Below, one piece after another: positions 14,270-28,440 of a DNA stretch of 64,000 nucleotides. The stretch comes from Dipteris shenzhenensis (Eukaryota). The first letter of the stretch is position 1. Every line of letters begins with the position of its first letter. A program made the translations under genes and the position numbers. The notes below the pieces were generated by a model that did not search any database, was not told the DNA's origin, and was given only the letters and a program-made list of their open reading frames with translations. The DNA is taken from NCBI GenBank assembly GCA_047967505.1, contig CM106538.1. The stretch is one strand, 5' to 3'.

Positions 14270-16697
14270 CATGGATTGTGCTTGCCTTGGTGCTCATCTT
14301 ATAGCCTAGGGAGAGAGTTACACTTTCCTTCTTATAGTATCTTCATGTGAGATTCTTAATTCAAGTTATTTCAATTTGATGCAATTAGATGTAGAGTCCC
14401 CAATATTTCGTTAGTTTTTACAGTCTCGGCAAATAGTTGGGAGGGAGCGTCCATATTTAGCACTTTGCGATATAACTGGGGTGGAGAATCCTTGGGAGAG
14501 TAGTGCGTGCTTTGAGCTTAGAAGCATCCAAGATCTTGACTTCTATCGTCTTGACATGCTTCTGATAGGATTTCTTGTGCTCCGTTCTAAGACACGCATC
14601 TAGTTTGTGCCTCAAGTCCATGTTCATCTTGGGTCCCATGCCTCATCACTTTATTCATGCCTAGTTTACAAGCCTCGCTTAATTGCCACATCATGGGCCA
14701 TGCATGTCTATCTACCCCTCCACAAATGTTGGCTACGGCCACGACGATCTGTTTAGAAATCAGTGTCCACTTAGACACATGGACTATCTATGCCGCACGG
14801 CTAACTCTTTTGTTGCCTGACTGCCCATGCCACATCAGCAGCTCTCAATCCATGTCACTGACACATGGCATAGTAGCTCCACATAGTTGCCATCTGCACA
14901 CCATTCCACTTTAGCATATCTATACAATTGTTTGCACAATGAGCACATTGTCACCATGTAGCACATGGCATCCAATGCCACCTCAATTGCACACACATCA
15001 CCTTTGGATCAAGGTTAAGGTAATCTTGCCACAACTTTTCATCTAAAGGGCATCTTCACGAGCAACAAAAAGGAGAATTGCTTGATTTTTCATGCTCTTT
15101 GCATTGAAGTTCTCAAATTAGAGGCTCAACTCCTACCCTAGTTTCTATATTTCCAATCTCTTCATCAAAACCCATCTTGGTCAAATTACATCCGCTCTAA
15201 ACCCAGCACATAAAATGAATTAAGATCTTTGCTACATTTTTCCTCAATCTATGTGTAGTCTTCATATAGGACTAGCGTACCTTAGAGGAGATTGAGCTCT
15301 ACAAATCCAATTGATCCCTTGCTTAAAATATCATGATTAGTTCCTAACAACATCAACCGTTTTGGATCCTACCATTGGTATTTCACACTCACATAAATGG
15401 ATACCCCATTAATACTTTGGTAGTGGGGGGGAGTCGAGGATGCTGCCATTTGAGCTCCTCTGGCCAGACCAAGAGTCACCGTCAAGGTACAATCCACAGA
15501 AAGGAACAAGCATCAACTATCAACGGCGCAAAGAGGAAGGAAAGAAGAGGCAGGAAAAGGAAAAAGGAGCGGGGGAAGAGAGGCTGAGAGCCCTCCCAAA
15601 AAGCTGGCTTGAAGGGACAGCTCAACCAAAAGCACCTAAAGCCAAGGAAAACACGACCACCTTCAAGAACACTTGCAAGGGAGCCTTCCCGTGGCTTTTC
15701 AAGGAGGGCTCATGAAGAGATACCAAAAAGAGCACCCGACAAACAAAGCTGTCCACCCAAGGGCTGAACAGGGCCAACAACAAAAACTCAGGCCACAAGA
15801 AGAGCCTCTCAATCAGGCCCGGACCACTAGCGCAACCTGCCCGTCCTTGCTTGCACTTCGAACTCCACCAAAGGCTACAGTTAGATGGCAGGCTCACCAA
15901 CCGAGCACCCAACAAGGCTGGCTGAAAAGGTCAGCACAAAGAAGCACACAGCCAAGGGGGCTTCCAACACCTCATACTCAAGGGGCTGCACCTGGCTGCT
16001 CCCAAGAAAACGAGCAGCTGTAAGAAAGTTCCAAAAGGGCCGTCGGAGGGAAGCCTCAAGTACCCAAGGACCACGGGCCAATCAAGGGGCCAACGAACTG
16101 CGCAAGCAAGGGCGGAGCCAAGAAGAGGCTCCCAGCCTTCACAACTCCACATGGGCTCCTCCAAAGCAGCCCCCTCCACGAGCTTGGAGGGCTGCAATGG
16201 GCTGTCTGGGGACAGCTTAATAGCCAATCACGACGCTAGTAGAGGCGCCATCATGCGCTAGGAAAGTAAGGCTCAAGGGCAGCCTTCAGCGTGCAATGGC
16301 AAGGTAAAAGCCTGTCCAAGGGGACAGCAAAAGGCAAGGGAAGGAGCAAGGGAAGCGACTAGCAAGAGCGACGAGGAAGGAGAGGAAGCGAAGGAGATGG
16401 CGGGGAGCAGCAAGACGAGAAGGGAGGCTTGGAGAAATTATTTCTCCAAGATTTGGTAAGTCACTTGGCAGTCGGTCAGTGACATCAGGACCAATGCATG
16501 TAGATGCACTACCGAGTGTTACCTCTGGAGGATTGTGGTAGTGTTGTAATGAAATCCATGGAAATACTGTCCCACCTTTCACTTGGAAGTGGAAGAGGCT
16601 GAAGAAGTCATGCTGGAAGTCGTCGGCTTGCTTTCATTTGTTGACAAGATAAGCAAGATGTAACGATTTTGATGACGTCGCTTTTCATCTGAGGCTA

Positions 16698-19600
16698 TTA
16701 GTATGTTGCACTGAGTAACCTATAAGTCTTGATGACGTCGCTTTTCATTTGAGGCCAGTAGTATGTTGCACTGAGTGACCTATAAGTCTTGTTGATGCCT
16801 GGATGGGCAGCATAAGGAACTACATGATGCTCTTTTAACAAAAGACGTCGAACATCCTTGTCATGTGGTACACAGACACGATTTTGATAATACAGAAGGT
16901 CGTCCGTATAAGAATAGGATGAGAAAATCTTCTGTTCGGAAGTCGAAGGTTGATCTTTTGAAAGAACTTGTACTGCTGTGCCGAAGTCTTTATCATTGAA
17001 ATACTTCCCTTTGAATGAATTCGGAACATCCACATATAATGTAGAGATTACCATAGCTGATGCTAGAGTTAACCTGCTGAGAGCATCTGCAACTACATTG
17101 CGTAGTCCTGGAATGTACTCAATGGTCATGTGAAAGTTGGCCAAAAACTCAACCCAGCGTGCTTGTCGAGCGTTCATGACTAGTTGAGTAAAGATATACT
17201 TTAGAGAGTGATGGTCTATCTTGATCACCGAGTCGGCTCCCATGAGATAACGTTTCCAAGAGCGATAAGCATGTACAACGGCAAGAAACTCCTTATCATA
17301 AACCGGGTATCGGGTTTGGATATCGGAATGTTTATGGTGTCAAAAGCAATAACTCTGCCTTCTTGCATCAAGACTGCTCCTGTAGCGATGTCGGAAGCGT
17401 CGGTCATGACCTCAAATGGAAGGTTTGGGTCAGCAATAGCCATAACTGGTGTGGTAGTGAGTGCTTGCTTGAGTTGTTGGAAACTATACTCTGTTTCGTG
17501 AAGCCATTGAAAAACTGCTGTGCTTTTCAATAATTCGGACATAGGAGCTGCGATTTCGGAAAAGTGATAGACCTTTGTATGGTAGAAGTTTGCCAATCCG
17601 AGAAAAGAGCAAACATCATGAACATTCTTAGGAGTAGGCCAGTTTCGGATTACCTCGACCTTCTTAGGATCCACAGAGATGCCTTGAGCTAAAATAACAT
17701 GTCCCAAATATTCGAGTTGGGTCTTGAAGAACTCACTCTTCTCAATGTTGATGTAGAGAGAATTTGCGCGGAGAACTTAAAAAACTTGGTGAAGATGTTT
17801 GTGCTCATGTAGGGATCTGCTGAAAACGAGGATGTCATCGAGGTAAAGGATGATGAACTTATTGAGGAAAGGCCTAAAGATGTCATTCATTAGTGTCATG
17901 AATGTGGCCGGGGCATTGTTTAACCCAAAAGGCATGACCAAACATTCATAGTGTCCATACTTTGTTCGAAAAGCTGTCTTGTACTCATTGCCTTCTCATA
18001 TGCGAATTTGATGATATCCTGAACGAAGATCAATCTTTGAGAATTGTGTTGCGTGTAGAAGTTGATCGAAGAGGTCATCGATGCGAGGCAATGGATACTT
18101 GTTTTTGATAGTGACCTTGTTGAGGGCTCGATAGTCGATGCTTAGGTGCATTGACTTATTCTTTTTTTCCACAAGTAGTACATGAGATCCGAAAGGGCTG
18201 CGACTGGACCGAATGTGACCTTTGTCAAGTAGTTCAGTCACCTATCTTTGGATTTCTTCATTTTGAGTGTAAGAAACCCGATAAGGAGGTTTCGACGGTG
18301 GATTACTGCCGGGAATAAGTTCGATTGGGTGATCCACTGGTCGTCGAGGTGGTAACTGCTTTGGCAATTCCTATGGAAAAATATCCATGTAGGGCTGGAA
18401 AAAAGGTTGGTTGAAGTATTCAGGAGGATCCTTTGTTGGTGTCTCCTCTACTGCCGTAACCAACAGAAGTGAAGTCGTTACTTGACGTTTACGAACCCAC
18501 TTCTTTACTTGTAGGGCAGAAGCAACTGGGGTTGAAGGAGAGTCCCTAGAACCAGTTAGCTCAATAAGTTTTCCCTGGTGGACAAACTGGATAGTATGGC
18601 TGTGAAAACTGATTGATGGATCATAGTCGTAAAGCCACTGTTGTTCGAGTATGACATCGTACCGAGAAAGAGGCATGATGTCGAAGTTCAGCTTGTCCAT
18701 ATAATGTTAGATGCGAAAAGATAAGTTTTTGATCCTGGTGTTGCACAAGAAGGTAGTTCCATTTGCGAGTTCAATCTGATAGTCCATGGGACTAGGACTG
18801 GTGGTCAACCGAAGTTTGTCGACCATAGAACTAACTAGGAAGTTATGAGAGCAGCCACTATCGATGAGGATAGTGACGATTGTTTCACGAATCGATCCTT
18901 GAACACAAAGTACTTGAGTGGCCAGGAAAGGTTCGGGGTTGCTGGCAAGGCTCATGTGGATGGTATTTGCCATTCGAACAGCTTTGCCTTTCTTGTCTTG
19001 TGTTGGGGTAGCATCTTCTGTTTGGAAAGTGCTAGGTTCCATATTGGAATTTTGCTTTGGTCGCTTGGGACAATCGAAGCATCCATGGTCGCCTGTACAG
19101 ATGGTACAAAGTTCTTTTGTGCTGGAGTTGTTCTTCTTGTCAGTGGCCGCACCTTTATGTTGGTGATGACGGTGATGACTTTGTGAAGAAGAAGAGGTGC
19201 GATCCTTGGAGGAGCGCTTCTGTTGGAATCCAGCATACGATTTCTGAGACTTGTGGGGATCTTGAGATTGTCGCTGACCTTGATTACCCGAGTTTTTTCT
19301 AAACTTGGGGTTATCTTGAGGGCGACCACCTTTGGCCATAGTAGAGTTCTGTGTTCTATTGGCACTCTGCTTCCTTGTGTTTTGGAAATCTGTAATGCGC
19401 TCTCCGTAAGCAATAGCGCCAGCTGTGGTGGTGATGTTTGCTTTGAGGACATCAATGCGTAATGAGGGGTTTAGGCTTGAGATGAAAGCATGAAGGCAAT
19501 CATCATCAATTAAACCATCAATCTCCAGCACCAATGTGGTGAACTGAGAGATGTAGGAAGACAGGGAGCCTGTTTGCTCCAACTGTCTGAGTTTTGAATG

Positions 19601-20278
19601 TGCTTGGAAGTCCGCATTGGTAGGTATGAACTACTTACGGAGCACGTGTTCAAAACATTCCCAAGTTAACACACTTTTGCCGTCCTTTAAGCGTCATTGC
19701 CACCATAGGAAAGCTGTATCCTTGAGGAGGGAGGCTACCAAGGCAATCTTTTTGCCTTCAGTGAGGTCAACAGTATCAAAGTACATGCGCAGTTTTGCGA
19801 GCCATTGGTCAACTGTTCGGCGATTTCGTTGACCAGTGTAGGCTTCCGGAAGTTTCATGTCAAGTCTTTTAATTTTGGAAGCTTGGAGTAACCGGTAGAG
19901 GACACGGAGTTCAGTGTTTTCTACCTCTGGTGGGAATGAGTCCACATAGTCGTCTGGTTGCGTCACGTCATCCTTTTTATGTGTGGTACTGTGAGAATCT
20001 TGGAGTTGTTGGACTTTCTGGACCAAGTCAAAGATGCTGTCCTGAAGCTGGGAAATTTGAAGTTGAAGTAGTGCTTCGCCTTGTAAGTTGACTTCAGGGG
20101 TCTTTTTTGGACTTGAGTCGCTTATCTCTGGAGAGGCTGCACACGAGCGTTGCGACATATCTGAGATCCCTGTGAGAAAAGCACGAACCTGCGCTCTAGT
20201 TTGTACCATTGGGGCAGGAGAAGCAGGATGGAACCAGTCGTGGAAATCTGGTAAAGGAGGTCCTGTCTGAGGTAACAC
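16698..20278 (-). mobile_element. Ty3/gypsy gag-pol pseudogene (chromovirus-like), truncated within the integrase
   Basis: Gag (LLKDTAFLWW; zinc knuckle CTICTGDHGCFDC), protease LIDSGCSHNF, RT ([31 protein letters not shown]), RNase H (TDASDIATGAVLMQ, NVVADALSR) and the integrase His-His region. Several stops and frameshifts. Confidence 0.92.
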
Positions 20279-21900
20279 TGGTGATGCCGAAATGGGTGTT
20301 ACTGCTCGTGAGAGTACAGGGGTAGGTTGCAGAGTCCACAGATCTGAGAAGGGATAAGGAGCTACTGTCGGGAGTGGAGGATATCCAGGAGAAGGAGTGC
20401 CTTCAAAGTGTAAATACTATCTTGGGGAAGGTACAACCTATACAGGAGGATATCTGGGAGTTGAAGGAGGTGGAGAGTACCCTGGAGATGCTGAAGCTGA
20501 GGGGTAAAAGTCTCTCCAAAGATGGATAGCAAACTCGTGAGGAATATCGGGTTCTGGGTATCTATGTGTCTCATGGAAACACAACCTGGACTGTGCTGAG
20601 GAAGTAATGTAACTGAGGTGCCTCACACAGAGAAGGTATAGGATGTGGTCCAAGTCACTGGAAGGGCACGTGACACAGAAGACCCATGATGCAAAAGCTC
20701 CGAAATGGGTTGGTTGTGCAATCTGAACACGATATTGTGTGGTAGATGATGCTTGAGGTGTCCTTGAAAGGATGGGTGAATTACCAGGGGTTTCCATGCT
20801 TTAAGGAGGAGGCTTTCATTTGCTGTAATTTGATAATGAGCGTCAAATAACAATATGAAAGAGAATTCTTAGAAATAGAATGGAAAGAATCCACCTGGCA
20901 TAGATTAGATCTGCCAATTAGTTGCATAGCAAGGCTTGAAAATCTCTTGTCTGGAGGTCCATCGATTAAGAGGTGCCTGGTGAGACTTTCAAGGCAGATG
21001 GGGTGTTGGCAGAATCGTATTACAGATTGCATGAGATCTGGCACACTTTTCTTGCATGGAAATTCATAACCTGGTGAAGAAGGCCTGCGTTGAAACCTAT
21101 GGGGTACTTAGAAACAGGATCGGGCCTGGCTAGAGGGAAATAGAGGGCAGCAAAGAGCCACTGTTCTCAAGCTAGAAAGGTGGCGTGATGAGCAGCCGGG
21201 GTCTGGTTGGTTTGATTCAAGATGAAAAGGGCATCGAGGCTGCTAATCACAAGCAGGAGAGGCTTAGAAGAAATTCGCTGGCAGAGGCTTGAAACAAATC
21301 GTTGCATCTAGCGCTGTTCTTGCTTCTTGGCTGATTTGCAGGCAGCAAAGTCTGTTGATCGCAGGTAATCATGACGATGAACCAACAAGAGCTGGCTGAT
21401 GCAGGCAATCGAGAACTATGCAAGATGGAGGCCTGGCGAAGGGCACATGCTGGCTGGAAGAAGATGGCGCAATCACGTACGGCAGAAAATGGCGAAACAA
21501 AATTCTGGATTTGCGTTTTGATTCATGCGCCTATTGCTGGGTGGTGGTTACCCAAAAATTAAAATGTGGGTTTTGAGAACCCTTGGGTTAGGTCTTGGGT
21601 ATAGGGATGGTTTTCCTTTTTAGCCATTTTAGGGCTGTGTGTCATCCATACAATTGGGCCTCTCTTATATAGAGAGTGAAGAGTCACACATGAAAAGGTG
21701 TGTACTCCAAAGTATATGTGCATGAAGAGGTGTGTACTCCAAAGTGTATGTGCATGAAGAGGTGTGTTCCCCTTGTGAAGGGTGTGACCCTTGATGAGAG
21801 GGTACATTACAATAGGAGTGTCTCTTCAATAGAATGTCTCTTGTGAAGGGTTGTGCCTCATAGGAAGTGTCCCATCGAAAGGGCATACCCTTCCACAAGC

Positions 21901-22010
21901 ATCCATAAGTCTAAGATATAGAGAAAGGAATACGTCACAGATCGTGATAGTCATCAAACCATCCATAAGTCTAAGATATAGAGAAAGGAATACGTCACAG
22001 ATCGTGACAG
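21901..22010. repeat. Tandem 60-bp duplication, with ~31-bp repeats at about 21690-21765
   Basis: ATCCATAAGTCTAAGATATAGAGAAAGGAATACGTCACAGATCGTGA at 21901 and 21961. Confidence 0.9.
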
Positions 22011-23559
22011 TCTCTGCCACCACCCAATAGTCCTTGAATACTTTCTACTTCGTGAGATAGTGCTCTTGAGTAGTGAGGTACCTCTGGCATAGCTCTTCAT
22101 TGCAACTGTTCTCTTCTTCCAGTTGGCCCTCCAATTGTACATGGCGTGCTTGCATTTCATTGGCCCACCCCTTGTACTTTTTGGTTGCAAGGATGCTGGC
22201 TTCTCCTGCTGCTTGCGCGGTAGCTACATTATGTTTCTCATTGATCAACTATTTCTTCAGCTTCTTGTTGTGTAGGTTTGCCATTATTACCTGGATGGCA
22301 ATGGTAGCTTGTGCTTACCGGCGTCTTTGAAAGACATTGAGTGCCATCTCTTGGTAATGAATCATAGACATCAGGACCCTTTAATCCATTCAATTGGCCT
22401 GATGAAAACCTTGGGCCCTCATCTCATTGTAAGCCTCTTTAGTGTCATAGGTGGCCAAATAGCAAAAACCAAGCACTTCCTACACTTTGATCTAATTGAT
22501 GACATAAGAGGGGATGGATTGGGTTGATGGCTGGGCAGTAGTGGTACTGCTTGGTTGTTGGGTGGTTGATGCACCAGGGGTTGAGGTTGTGCGAGTGTTT
22601 AACTTAAGAGTGTAGACATTACCAGTTGGTCCAAACCCGTATGGTGGTATACATTGAGGATGTCTGCATCATGGAGCTCTGAGGCATTGTGGTGCTCATT
22701 GTTGAGCCCACCTTCCTTTGGGTCTTGGACGGCCTTGCCCTTCTCCTACTCTTTGTCTTTGTCTTTTTCCCTTTCCCTTTGTTCCACCTGTGTTGCACCC
22801 AGCTTTGCAACCTCCAAATGGGCCTTGTCTTTCTTGTGTTGTTCCATGTACTTAATATTATTTATCTGCCTTGGCCTCTTTTGCCGCTTTAGCTTTGGCT
22901 ACATCCTTTTCTTTTGTGGCCTTATCCTTGCTCCACTTTGTTGGCTTATGGTCAGTGCCCTATTTTGTGGTGGCTATAGGCTGTCTAGGGTTCCTGGAAT
23001 GTATTCTTTGGTGGCCAAGCCAAATGCCCTATGAGGGAGGTCCCTCCCCCCTCTCATGTGATAAATGATCGGCATTTGTCGAGATGATCCTTCATCTCCA
23101 CATTGGTCAAGAATTGGGGGGCTTGACTAAGGTGGGCATCTGAATGGCATCGAAGGGAATTCCACCTCTGTGCTTTTCTATGGTATAAGCCACCACCCTT
23201 TGCAGCTTTGTGGGCATATTCTTAATATTCTTATATCCCTCTATCACCAGTAGGAGTTTGCATGCAACTCACATCGTATCAATGTCGTCGTGGTGCTGAG
23301 TGAGGTGGCCATCCTTGTTGTTACGGATGAATGTAATATCCGTTGCTGCATTGTAGTTCTCAAAGAACTCGATGATCAATGGCATGTCAATGCAACATGG
23401 CAACAAGTCAGCAAGGTTCTGCAGTTTGAGTGCTTGTAGGTGAGATTGGACTTTGGGATTGTAGAAGGATTTGTAGCATGGTGCTGTGTGGTAGTTTAAG
23501 GATTCAATTAATCTTTTTGGGACGGCTTCTTAAGAGAGTATTTTCTAAACTGAGACTCG

Positions 23560-24360
23560 TAGGTTGTGTAGGATGAACTCCATGGGCATTCCTACTTCTA
23601 CCTTGAAGGCAAGGATAAATAGGGTGCAATTAGTTGCAACTTTAACACGGTGCGATATGCCCATAATGCAATGGTGATCTTATGCTCCCCAGTCACTTTG
23701 GTTGGCCTCTATCGTGCACATCATGGTGTTGCATAGGGTCTTATTGAAGCTATCGGCTTGGCCGTTTGCTCTAAGATGATAGGGAATTGATTTCCTATGA
23801 ACAATCATAAACTCACTCATAAGAATTTGTATAGTTTCATTAATGAAGTGAGTTTCTCACTCAATAGCTATTTCCAAGGGGAGGCCAAAGCGTGATATTA
23901 CATTCTCATACAGAAATTCAGCTGTCACCCTAGAATCATCTTTCCTAGTTGACTTGGCTTCTTCCCACTCGGTAAAGTAGTCAGCCGCCACCATGATAAT
24001 GTATCAAGTTTGCATCCCTTTGGCTGCTAGACTTATGGGTCCAATAAAATTAATGCCCCACTTTGCAAAGGTTTGTTCTATAAGAATTCTTGGAAGTTGC
24101 ATATAATTCTTTTTTTGAGGGATGGAAGGTCTTTGGCAGGGATCACAGCTTTTAGTGAATTCAGTTGCATTGGCAAAGAGAGTAGGCCACCAAAGCCCAA
24201 CTTGCAATACCCTTCAAGTCGTAAGATCTCCTACAAAATGTTTGCTTGCTATGCCCAAATGGACTTCTTCTAAAACCTCAATAAACTCGTCTTCACAGAT
24301 AAAGTGATGCATTCTGTCGTCCTTACCCATTAGGTATAATTGATCAGCTATTAGTTTTGA
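23560..24360 (-). mobile_element. Degenerate gypsy integrase related to the 51.9-64 kb element
   Basis: GLWWPTLFA..CDPCQR..FAKWGINFIGPI..AAKG parallels GYWWPTLWA..CDVCQR..FEKWGIDYVGPIHPAAKG in the 59146 ORF. Confidence 0.85.
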
Positions 24361-24439
24361 TAGGGTGCATCATTTATGAGTTTTCAACATTCAAAAGGAC
24401 TTGGATGATGACAAAGAGAAAACTACCAATTTATGCCAA

Positions 24440-24770
24440 GTCCCAAAGCATTTTAAGTCCTACATGGTCCAAGACTACAAAATACTTCTAGAGTAAGCCA
24501 AAAGGATAGCAGAGGAGGGAAACCAACAACCTTTCAATGGTTTGGCCAAGGTCAAAGAAGTGGATCTAGTGTCACTAAATGAATGTGCTAAACCCTACAT
24601 CTCTGATGATCTCATGCCGGGACAAGAAGAGGACTTGATTTTCCTTCTTCAAGAATACAATCACTGCTTTGCCTAGAAGTACACGGATATGAAGGGTGTG
24701 CCCCTTAAGGTTGTGTAGCACATCATCCCTATGATGGAAGATATCAAACCGCTCCTCTATAGGGGATTCA
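24440..24770 (+). mobile_element. Gypsy pre-RT fragment in opposite orientation
   Basis: LLQEYNHCFA*KYTDMKGVP.KVV*HIIP parallels LLMEYRDCLAWSYKEMKGISPEVAVHTIP. Confidence 0.65.
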
Positions 24771-27323
24771 ACTATCTAAAGGGTCACATCTTCGTGGGAC
24801 ACCGTTTTCCCATTCATCCAATCAAAGAGATCCCAACAAAGAGTCAGGTCCCCCCTTAGCAAGGTAGTGATGGGCATTCTACCACTATGGATAGGAATCT
24901 TGCTAGTCCATCCACATCTTAAGGTTGTGCAATCGGTTTGTGACCCACTAACTGTGGCTCTTTGAAGCCATAAAAGGACACCTGGCCCTCTTCTATAGCT
25001 TAGTGCCATGTAGGGTGTTCTTCAAACATCTTATGCCTTAGAGTGATGCTGAATAAGGTTAATGCCTTTGGGTTGAGCCTAGATGGTAATGTACGTCAGT
25101 AGTATAGGGCTCTGAATCCCAAGGAGAATATCAGTGGGAACATGCTAAGAATATCATTCATAGTGGGGTTTTGTTTGCCCCCAACGGTCCCAAGTGGAGC
25201 CCTATTACCAATTATATGAAGTTAAGAGGAAGGAGACTGATCCCCTTCATGACTACATTGCCCAGATTAAGGACCTAAACTCACAATGCGAGCCATATGA
25301 AAGGATGAATGACAGGTTTACTCCTAGAGGAGTTGGTATCCCTTCTAGTGAAGGTTGGTGGCATTGCCCCCCTTCCTAGTTCTTGTACTAGGATCCTCAT
25401 GGCTTCATCTGAGGTTGTTCGTCAGACAAAAGTGGGATTGGTGGTTCTTGACCCATTGGGTCCTAGGACTGGCATTTGAGGTGGGCTTATCAATTGTATT
25501 GGTGGGACCTAAACATAGGCACACTTAGATTGGGCATTAGTCTATAGGACGGTAGTCACAGGGTAGGAAATACTTTTTGAGTTGCTTCCCCAAGCTAGAT
25601 ATAATAGGGGTCAAGAAGTCTACGTCTTGGGCAAAACATATCATCTCCAAGTTAGGTCTCCTCACCCATTTGTGCCATAGGATTTTGTAGTCCATAGCCA
25701 TTTGGTATCCTTTTCTCAAAAGTGCCACTAAATGGGAGTTCTCTCTCATACAAGTACACATATGGTGTAGTTAAAATCACCGGTACATTGGGAATTGGTG
25801 CACTCCACACGGCTTCTAGAAAAGTATCTATAAGAGAGGATGTTATCAGGAGTGATGAATGGGAATGCTTTTACAATCAAGCTAGAAGCATTTCCGCAGT
25901 TGGTGGAAGAATGGCTATTGAGATGCTACAAGAAAGGTAGATAAGGCTAGGGAGGCCACAGTGGCTTGCGTATTAATGTAGGGCTGTGGTTGTTTGATAG
26001 TCCATCTGGGTCTTAGAAGTTGATTCTTGAGAGCACATCTACAGCATTGTCGTGTGCATTACTAGGTTACCTATTGCTAAGTCGTTTTAGCTACTCATTT
26101 GAAGCTTTGTGTCGTGCCGTTCAAGGTCACTTTTGAGTCATTGTGTTGTTGCTAAGCGTTGCAGTTGGGAGATTAGGTCATTCGTTAGTTTGTTGCTTGT
26201 CTTTGCATGTTGCTCTTTTGGTCAGTATGCTTTTTGGCATAGTTTCTAAGTGTGCGTTGCCTTGTTGTAGACATCGTTGCTGGCCGAAGCTTAATATAGA
26301 CTAGTAATCACAGAGAGGTTCATGAAACAGTAAGGTGGCAACCTTAAAGCAACTACGCGCTCATAGTGAGCTCTAGAAGAGCTCAATCGAATGAGGCAAT
26401 TGGGAGCCTCTCCATGTGCTTGGCGTTGCATAGTTGTTGTGAGTCAAAGAGGTAGTTCGAGTTGTTTGCTAATAAGGTACATCTTTTTTGTTAATTAACT
26501 TGTTGCGGTAGATGTAGAGTTCGCGCCTATAACATCTCATTTTCTCTCACAAATTATGTGAGGTAGAAACCGAAAATGGCTACAGGAACCTTTCCCTCAT
26601 AGGAAACCTTTGAAACTCTCTCTCAAACTTCTCAAGACTCATGAAAGAGACCTCACAAGGAACATCACTCAAAAGCCTATATCTCAAGCTCCAAGAAGCA
26701 GACTCCTACGCTTCATGAAGCAAAATGAGGATGAGAAGGAGCTCTACAAAAAGAGAACTAGAGTAGCGAAGATAGCTCAAAAAGAGGGCTTGTGGCCTTG
26801 ACTGAAGCAAGGGCTTAATGCCTTTCTAGAAGTAAGGGCTTGCGCTCTCTCATGAGAACTCTCGCAGAAAGGACCCCAACTCTGGTCATGATAAAACAAG
26901 GAGTGAGAGTGGGAGAGAGAGGATTGCACAAGAGATAGCTAATTGTACACTATATCATATTCCAAAGAACTAGGAATATATACATGAACCCCTTAGGAAT
27001 AGGATTAGGGTTAGGGTTGGTCCCATGAAACCTATCTAGATAGTGCAATTTACACTCTTCTCAACAGATAGCATATCATGTATCTAGCCTTTTGTTTGTT
27101 AGATTTATCAAACATCCAATAAGCTATCTATTGAACTTTCATTCATTGTCAGGTTTATTCATCTTTATTAACATAATGGATGCTTTTACTTTTTGAATAT
27201 ATGTTGACCTTCGTGCTTGTTTTCTATCTCTTGTTGACCTATTGAGCACTTGTGATTCTACTAGCTCCTCTCCTTGCTCTTGTTTCTTCTTTGTCCTAGT
27301 CTCTATGTATTTTGTGCTTCTTG

Positions 27324-28440
27324 TTACAATGATCTCAATGCTCTTGATTCTAAATCTTCATAAAAAACTACGTCTCTTGAGATAGGTTTTTTCGTATTGA
27401 TTTGACCATACAATTTGTATGCTTTACTTTGCTTGACATATCCATCCATGATGCACATTATTAATTTGACATCAAGTATTCTCCTATGATCATCAAGTAT
27501 ATGTGCATATGTATGCAACCAAAATTTTTGCGCTGCCCAATCTTTATCTTTTTTCTTATAAAGGCTTCATAGCTATGATACCTTGCATTGGAAGGAAAAA
27601 GTTAAAAAGATAAGCATAGTGACTATACAATGGAAGACTTTATGGTGAGTACATCTTGCACAGTGATTATACAATGGAAGACTTTACAGTGAGCACATCT
27701 TCCACTACTTATCCATCATTCCGCCTCTTAAGTTGCAAGTGGGGAAGACCGAGATGATGTCAAAACTATGTGAAATTGTTGAGGAAAGTGTCTTAGTGAA
27801 GATATCTATGACCTAACCTCATGTTAAGCAGTCAATCAAGTCAATCTCCTCTCAAGAACTTTCTCACAAATGAAGTAATAATGCACTTCAATATCTTTGG
27901 TTTTGGCATGAACATTGGGCTCTTTGCTAGTTGGATGGCACTCATGTTATCAAAATAGAGAAATTTAGGCTCTTTAAAAAGCATCTCAATTTCTAAAAGA
28001 AGCCTTCTAACCAAATCGGTTCACAAGCAGTCTTGGTGGATCCTCTAGACTCTGCTTTAGTGGAAGACAAGGACACTCTTGGTTGCTTCTGGCTTTGCCA
28101 TGACATAGCTATAGAGCCAAGATTGAATTGGTATCCATTAGTGGAAGACACAGACACTATTGGTTACTTCTTGCTTTGCCATGATATAGCTGTAAATCCA
28201 AGATTGAACTGGTATCCATTAGTGGATCTTCTATCATTTACACTTTTGCCCAATTAGCATTGGTGTATCCATGGAGCTACAAGTTGGACCTCTAGTATAA
28301 GACAAGACCACTATTGGTTGCGTCTTTCTTTTCCATGATAAATCTACGGTCTACTTGTGGATGTTTTGTCATTTACACTTTCTCCCCAATCAGCATCAGT
28401 GTATCAATGGAAATGTAAGTCAAATATTTTGGCATAGTGT
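27324..28440 (-). mobile_element. Degenerate copia fragments (post-integrase region; RNase H with internal tandem duplications)
   Basis: SKAYKLY..ISRDVVFYE in ORF 27324-27518. A W.SKKQP.VS-like segment recurs about three times at 28060-28340. Confidence 0.7.

Noticed and set aside
15375-16582. Cluster of overlapping ~100-aa ORFs
   Set aside because: GC-rich with no recognisable domain; probably retroelement-internal sequence.
10228-27664. RSS heptamer CACAGTG at 10228 and 27658
   Set aside because: Both are far from and on the same side of the transposase, and chance occurrences are expected in 64 kb. No TIR pair could be identified by eye.
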